NCBI GenBank assembly: GCA_030390025.1
Contig: JASTWF010000036.1
Coordinates: 1,364,001-1,428,000, forward strand
Direction of reading: 5' to 3'
Origin: Squalus acanthias
Lineage: Eukaryota
Length of the DNA: 64,000 nucleotides
Numbering within the stretch: position 1 is the first letter of the stretch; every line of letters starts with the position of its first letter. Below are positions 58,925 to 64,000 of this stretch, one piece after another. The position numbers were made by a program, and so were the translations under genes. The notes below the pieces were generated by a model. That model did no database searches and was not told the DNA's origin. It saw nothing but the letters and a program-made list of their open reading frames with translations.

Positions 58925-60058
58925 GTTCCATTCTTATCTATCTAATCGTAGCCAGAGAATCACCTGCAAAGGCTTCTCTTCCCGCTCCCGCATCGTTACC
59001 TCTGGTGTCCCCCAAGGATCTATCCTTGGCCCCCTCCTATTTCTCATCTACATGTTGCCCCTTGGCGACATCAGCCGAAAACACAGCATCAGTTTCCACA
59101 TGCACGCTGACCACACCCAGCTCTACCTCACTACCACTTCTCTCGAACCCTCCACAGTTTCTAAATTGTCAGACTGCTTGTCCGACATCCAGTTCTGGAT
59201 GAGCAGAAATTTTCTCCAATTGAATATTGGGAAGACCGAAGCCATTGTTTTCAGTCCCCGCCACAAACTCCGTTCCCTAGCCACTGACTCCATCCCTCTC
59301 CCTAACATCTGTCTGAGGCTGAACCACACTGTTCGCAACCTTGGTGTCATATTTGACCCTGAAATAAGCTTCCGACCACATATCTGCAGCATAACAAAGA
59401 CCGCCTACTTCCACCTCCGTAACATCGCCCGTCTCCGCCCCTGCCTCAGCTCATCCGCTGCTGAAACCCTCATCCATGCCTTTGTTTTCTCTAGACTTGA
59501 CTATTCCAACGCACTCCTGGCTGGCCTCCCACATTCCACCCTACGTAAACTTGAGGTCATCCAAAACACGGCTGCCCGTGTCCTAACTCGCACCAAGTCC
59601 CGTTCACCCATCACCCCTGTGCTCGCTGACCTACATTGGCTCCCGGTTAAGCAACGCCTCGATTTCAAATCTCTCCGTGGCCTCGCCCCTCCCTATCTCT
59701 GTAATCTCCTTCAGTCCCACAACCCCCCCCCCCCTCCCCGAGATATCTGCGCTCTTCTAATTCTGCCCTCTTGAGGATCCCTGATTATAATCGCTCAACC
59801 ATTGGTGGCCGTGCCTTCTGTTGCCTGGGCCCTAAGCTCTGGAATTCCCTCCCTAAACCTCTCCGTCTCTCTCCCTCTCTCTCCTCCTTTAAGACGCTCC
59901 TTAAACCTACCTCTTTAACCAAGCTTTTGGTCACCTGTCCTAATTTCGCCTTATGTGGCTCGGTGTCAAATTTTTTGTCTTAAAATACTCCTGTGCAGCA
60001 CCTTGGGACGTTTTACTACGTTAAAGGCGCTATATAAATGCAAGTTGTTGTTGTTGCT
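58925..60058 (+). mobile_element. L2 LINE, 5'-truncated (RT C-terminal half to tail)
   Basis: GVPQGSILGPLLF, HADHTQLY (YADD-derived), FLQLNIGKTE, SRLDYSNALL, LHWLPV; tail (gtt)n. Confidence 0.93.
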
Positions 60059-60348
60059 GAGAAGGAACTATGTTTAACCTGGCTTTTCCCATTAACGTTG
60101 CAAATAGGCATATCCTAAAGTAAATTAGAGGATAATTGGTATTGCTTCAGGAAGTTTATAGATTGACAGCTGCTTGTGATGTGCTGCCTCCACATCAGAA
60201 GAAACCAACATGAAATGACTGGCTTTCTTTTCTTAATTTTTGTTCCCCCTACATCTTCATGGGATGTGATATGCTGTTGGTCTATGAAGATGATATTTGA
60301 GCAAATCAGGTACAATTATGACACAAAACATGTGTGACACTTTCAAGC

Positions 60349-60848
60349 AGGCCTTGGAGAGGGCGCAGAGGTGATTTACCAGAATGGTACCAGGGGATGA
60401 GGGACTTCAGTTACGTGGAGAGACTGGAGAAGCTGGGATTGTTCTTGGAGCAAAGAAGGTTAAGGGGAGATTTAATGGAGGAGTTCAAAATCATGAAGGG
60501 TGTTGATAGAGTAAATAAGGAGAAACTGTTTCCACTGGCAGGAGGGTCGGTAACCAGAGGACACAGATTTGAGATAATTGGCAAAAGAACCAGAGGGGAG
60601 ATGAGGACAATGTTTTTTACGCAGCGAGTTGTTGTGATCTGGAACGCGCTGCCTGAAAGGGTGGTGGAAGCAGATTCAATAGTAACTTTCAAAAGGGAAT
60701 TGGATAAGTATTTGAAGGGGAGAAAATTTGCAGGGCTATGGGGAAAGAGCGGGGGAGTGGGACTACTTGGATCGCTCTTTCATAGAGCCGGCACAGGCAC
60801 GATGGGCCGAATGGCCTCCTTCTGTGCTGTATCATTCTAAGATTCTAT
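60349..60848 (+). mobile_element. CR1 3' fragment
   Basis: ERLEKLGLF...FTQRVVVIWNALPERVVEA; single-unit version of the array at 6968-7755. Confidence 0.92.
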
Positions 60849-60944
60849 GAATGTGTGAGATACAAGGCATTTACATATTGATAGATAGATGGATATAGAA
60901 AGATAAATGCAGCTCGATATGTATTGGATCGTGTGTGGAATCTA

Positions 60945-61508
60945 GGGGGGAAAATTGGCTCGCGCCCCAAAAAGTTTAGAACCCCCCGCGCCCGAAATTC
61001 AATGGTAGCGCCCCAAGCAGGAGGCAGGGCGCTACTGGAAGCGCTCCCCCTCCCTCTTGGGGCCCTCCCTATTGCGGCGCTACGTGCAGCAGCGCCACAC
61101 ACGTCGGCACATAGCGCCGTGGTACTGCAGGCCTCCCGCCCCTCATTAAAGGGGAGGGGCCGAGCGCAGCGCACACCAGGGCCCTGCTGGACCACCGGGG
61201 AGCGGGGTGCTGGCAAAAGAGCCCGGTACTCAGGAGGAGTGCCAGGCTGACCAATTGCGGCCAGCACCCCGCAGGGGGAGGCCAGAGGGGGCAGGTGCTG
61301 GCAGGCGGCCAAAAAAAATGGCCGCCCAGCACCTGCCCTTTAATTATCACCGCCCTGGCCGCAAACACAGCACCCTGACCCTGTCGGACATAGCGTTCGA
61401 CAGTAGATCAGGGGGCACGAGCCAAGTTTGCGGCCGGGGCGCGAGCGGGGTGCTGCGCTCGGTGATGACGTCATCGCGGAGGCGCAAAGCAACCAAATTT
61501 TTCCCCCC
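60945..61508. mobile_element. GC-rich MITE (inverted relative to 45140-45699)
   Basis: TIRs ggggggaaaatt / aatttttcccccc; flanked by cta/tag. Confidence 0.85.
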
Positions 61509-61701
61509 TAGTAACCAACACTGGCAGGCCAAGATGGGAAATGGCACTATTTTCTCCTCCGTTCTTCCTCAAGATGAAATCACACGGCCTTGCCAGTAAC
61601 CACTGTATGTGCTGCACAGAAAGCGCTTCCCATGTTTTACAGATGCAAATTTTCAAAATGATTTTAGAGATTGTATTTTTAAAAGTATGAAATAGCTACA
61701 C

Positions 61702-62000
61702 GGGAGAGTCCAGAACAAGGGGGGCATAACCTTAAAATTAGAGCCAGGCCGTTCAGGGGTGATGTCAGGAAGCACTTCTTCACACAAAGGGTGGTGGAAA
61801 TCTGGAACTCTCTCCCACAAAAAGCTGTTGAGGCTGGGGGTCAATTGAAAATTTAAAGACTGCGATTGGTAGATTTTTGTTAGGCGAGGATATGAAGGGC
61901 TACGGAACCGAGGCGGGTCGATGGAGTTAAGCCATCATCTAATTGAATGGCGGAACAGGCTCGAGGGGTAGAATGGCCTCCTCCTGGTCCGAGGTTCCTT
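61702..62000 (+). mobile_element. CR1 3' end
   Basis: gggagagtccagaacaagggggcataacc...cacacaaagggtggtggaaatctggaactctctccc. Confidence 0.87.
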
Positions 62001-62807
62001 CCTTCTTTCCTATAAATAACACATCTGTCTCCTCGCGGAGGCCTTCCCAGTGGCTGTAATTCACTGCTGTACTAAACATCAGCTGTGCGAGTGGGACTCT
62101 CCGCTTTTACAAATGACTTCAGACCCACGCAGATAAAATATTAGTTTTACTCGAGAGCCAGGGGAAGTCCTGACAGCTGTCATCTTGGTTTTATTCCAAA
62201 GCTGAGGCAAATTTATTTCAAGGCGTCAGGCAGCTGGGCTTGTTTATGGCCACAGGCAAAGGCTCTATTTCCCTGTCGTTGGAGTGGGGGCAGGCGGGGG
62301 TGATACAAAACAAAAAAGGCAGGATTTGGAGGGGGGGCATTTCTGAATCATACATTCAGATCTGGATTCCTTCAGCTATTTTCTCCCAGACATCGTCAGC
62401 TTTTTCTTTCATAGCCCAACATCTGTGTGCAAAGCACTCCCCCCCTCACCCCCCCAAAGCTGCACTTACCTTAATTGGCCTAGTGCGCCATCTGATGCAA
62501 CAGCACGACCCAACCTTCATTAAACCGCCGGTCACGGATGCCCGTCACGTTCCAAATGATTGCCAACAGCTACGGACTGAGGCATCTTTTCCTCCTCTTT
62601 CATATTTAGATCTGCTTGTTGGCTTCTCTTGGGGGTCTCATAACATGCGCCATTACCAAGGGCTAATAAAATGATTTGCTTCCCCACCGCACCCCGCCCC
62701 CTCCCCACCCACCCATAAAAAAACGGGCACTGCCAATGGGTAATCCATGACTGGCCCCCGGAAGATGCATGCGAGCAGCCCAGAGTGACTGTCCCCACCA
62801 CAGTTTC

Positions 62808-64000
62808 GCTACCTAGCGGAAGCTGAACGCCAACTCTCCGACACCTCCTCCTACCTCCACCTGGACCATGACCCCACTACCGAACATCAAGCCACCGTTT
62901 CCAAGACTGTCACTGACCTCATCTCCTCTGGAGATCTTCCCCCCATGGCCGCCAACCTCATAGTTCCCCAACCCCGCACAGCCCGCTTCTACCTCCTTCC
63001 CAAGATCCACAAACAGGACTGCCCTGGTAGACCCATCGTTTCAGCCTGTTCTTGCCCCACGGAACTTATCTCTTTCTATCTCGACTCTATTTTTTTCTCC
63101 CCTTGTCCAGTCTCTTCCCACCTACATCCGCGACTCTTCCGACGCCCTCCGCCACTTTAACAGTTTCCAGTTTCCCGGCCCCAGCCGCCTCCTTTTCACT
63201 ATGGACGTCCAATCCCTCTACACCTCCATCCCCCACCAGGATGGCCTGAGGGCGCTCCGCTTCTTCCTTGAACAGAGGCCCAACCAGTCCCCATCCACCA
63301 CCACCCTCCTCTGCCTGGCTGAACTTGTTCTCACATTGAACAATTTCTCCTTTGACTCCACTCATTTCCTCCAAATCAAAGGTGTTGCTATGGGTACCCG
63401 CATGGGTCCTAGCTATGCCTGCCTTTTCGTGGGATATGTGGAACACTCTTTGTTCCAGTCCTACTCGGGTCCCCTCCCTCACCTCTTTTTCCGGTACATT
63501 GATGACTGTATCGGTGCCGTCTCCTGCTCTCGCCCTGAACGAGAAAATTTCATTCACTTTGCTTCCAATTTCCACCCTTCCCTCACCTTCACATGGTCCA
63601 TCTCCGACTCTTCCCTTCCCTTCCTCGACTTCTCCGTCTCCATCTCTGGGGATAGGTTATTGACAAACATTCACTACAAGCCCAATGACTCCCACAGCTA
63701 CCTGGACTACACTTCCTCCCACCCCGCCTTCTGTAAGGACTCTATTCCATTCTCCCAGTTTCTCCGTCTCCGCCGCATCTGCTCTGATGATGCCACCTTC
63801 CATACCAGTGCTTCCGACATGTCTTCCTTTTTCCTCAACCGAGGATTCCCCTCTACTGTGGTTGACACGGCCCTTAACCGTGTCCGTTCTATCTCCCGCA
63901 CTTCTGCCCTCACCCCTGCCCCTCCCTCCTGGAGCCACGATAGAGTTCCCCTTGTCCTCACCTTTCACCCCACCAGCCTCCACATTCAACGGATCATCCT
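62808..64000 (+). mobile_element. Penelope-like element family 2, RT region, one frameshift (~63090-63096), runs off the window
   Basis: FYLLPKIHK..PGRPIVS, MDVQSLYTSIP, KGVAMGTRMGP, RYIDD, HYKP, SQFLRLRRIC. Confidence 0.92.

Overview
Eukaryotic, repeat-dominated, apparently intronic or intergenic DNA. The repeat repertoire (Deu-domain tRNA-SINEs, abundant CR1 and L2 LINEs, Penelope-like elements) points to a cartilaginous fish, probably a shark; this is an inference. I found no convincing host-gene exon, and every recognisable protein-coding segment is retroelement-derived. Contents: about 20 CR1 pieces, including a near full-length copy at 31389-39050 hosting a three-level nest; L2, RTE and a degenerate L1-like fragment; two Penelope-like (PLE) families with RT and/or GIY-YIG; a solo LTR; several Harbinger-like MITEs with 3-bp TSDs; a hAT MITE with an 8-bp TSD; an LF-SINE-like relic; and tandem or low-complexity arrays. 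The most interesting signal is a set of at least seven minimal hammerhead-ribozyme motifs (stem I-CUGANGA-A-stem II-GAAA-palindromic AGCU/ACGU-stem I'). They sit at PLE 3' ends and in 130-175 bp non-coding copies, show compensatory stem changes, and include a perfect 55+55 bp palindrome carrying the motif on both strands. PLE-associated minimal hammerheads are an established class, so novelty would lie in these particular families and the short palindromic derivative. Boundaries were read by eye: TSD-defined ends are exact, others are approximate.
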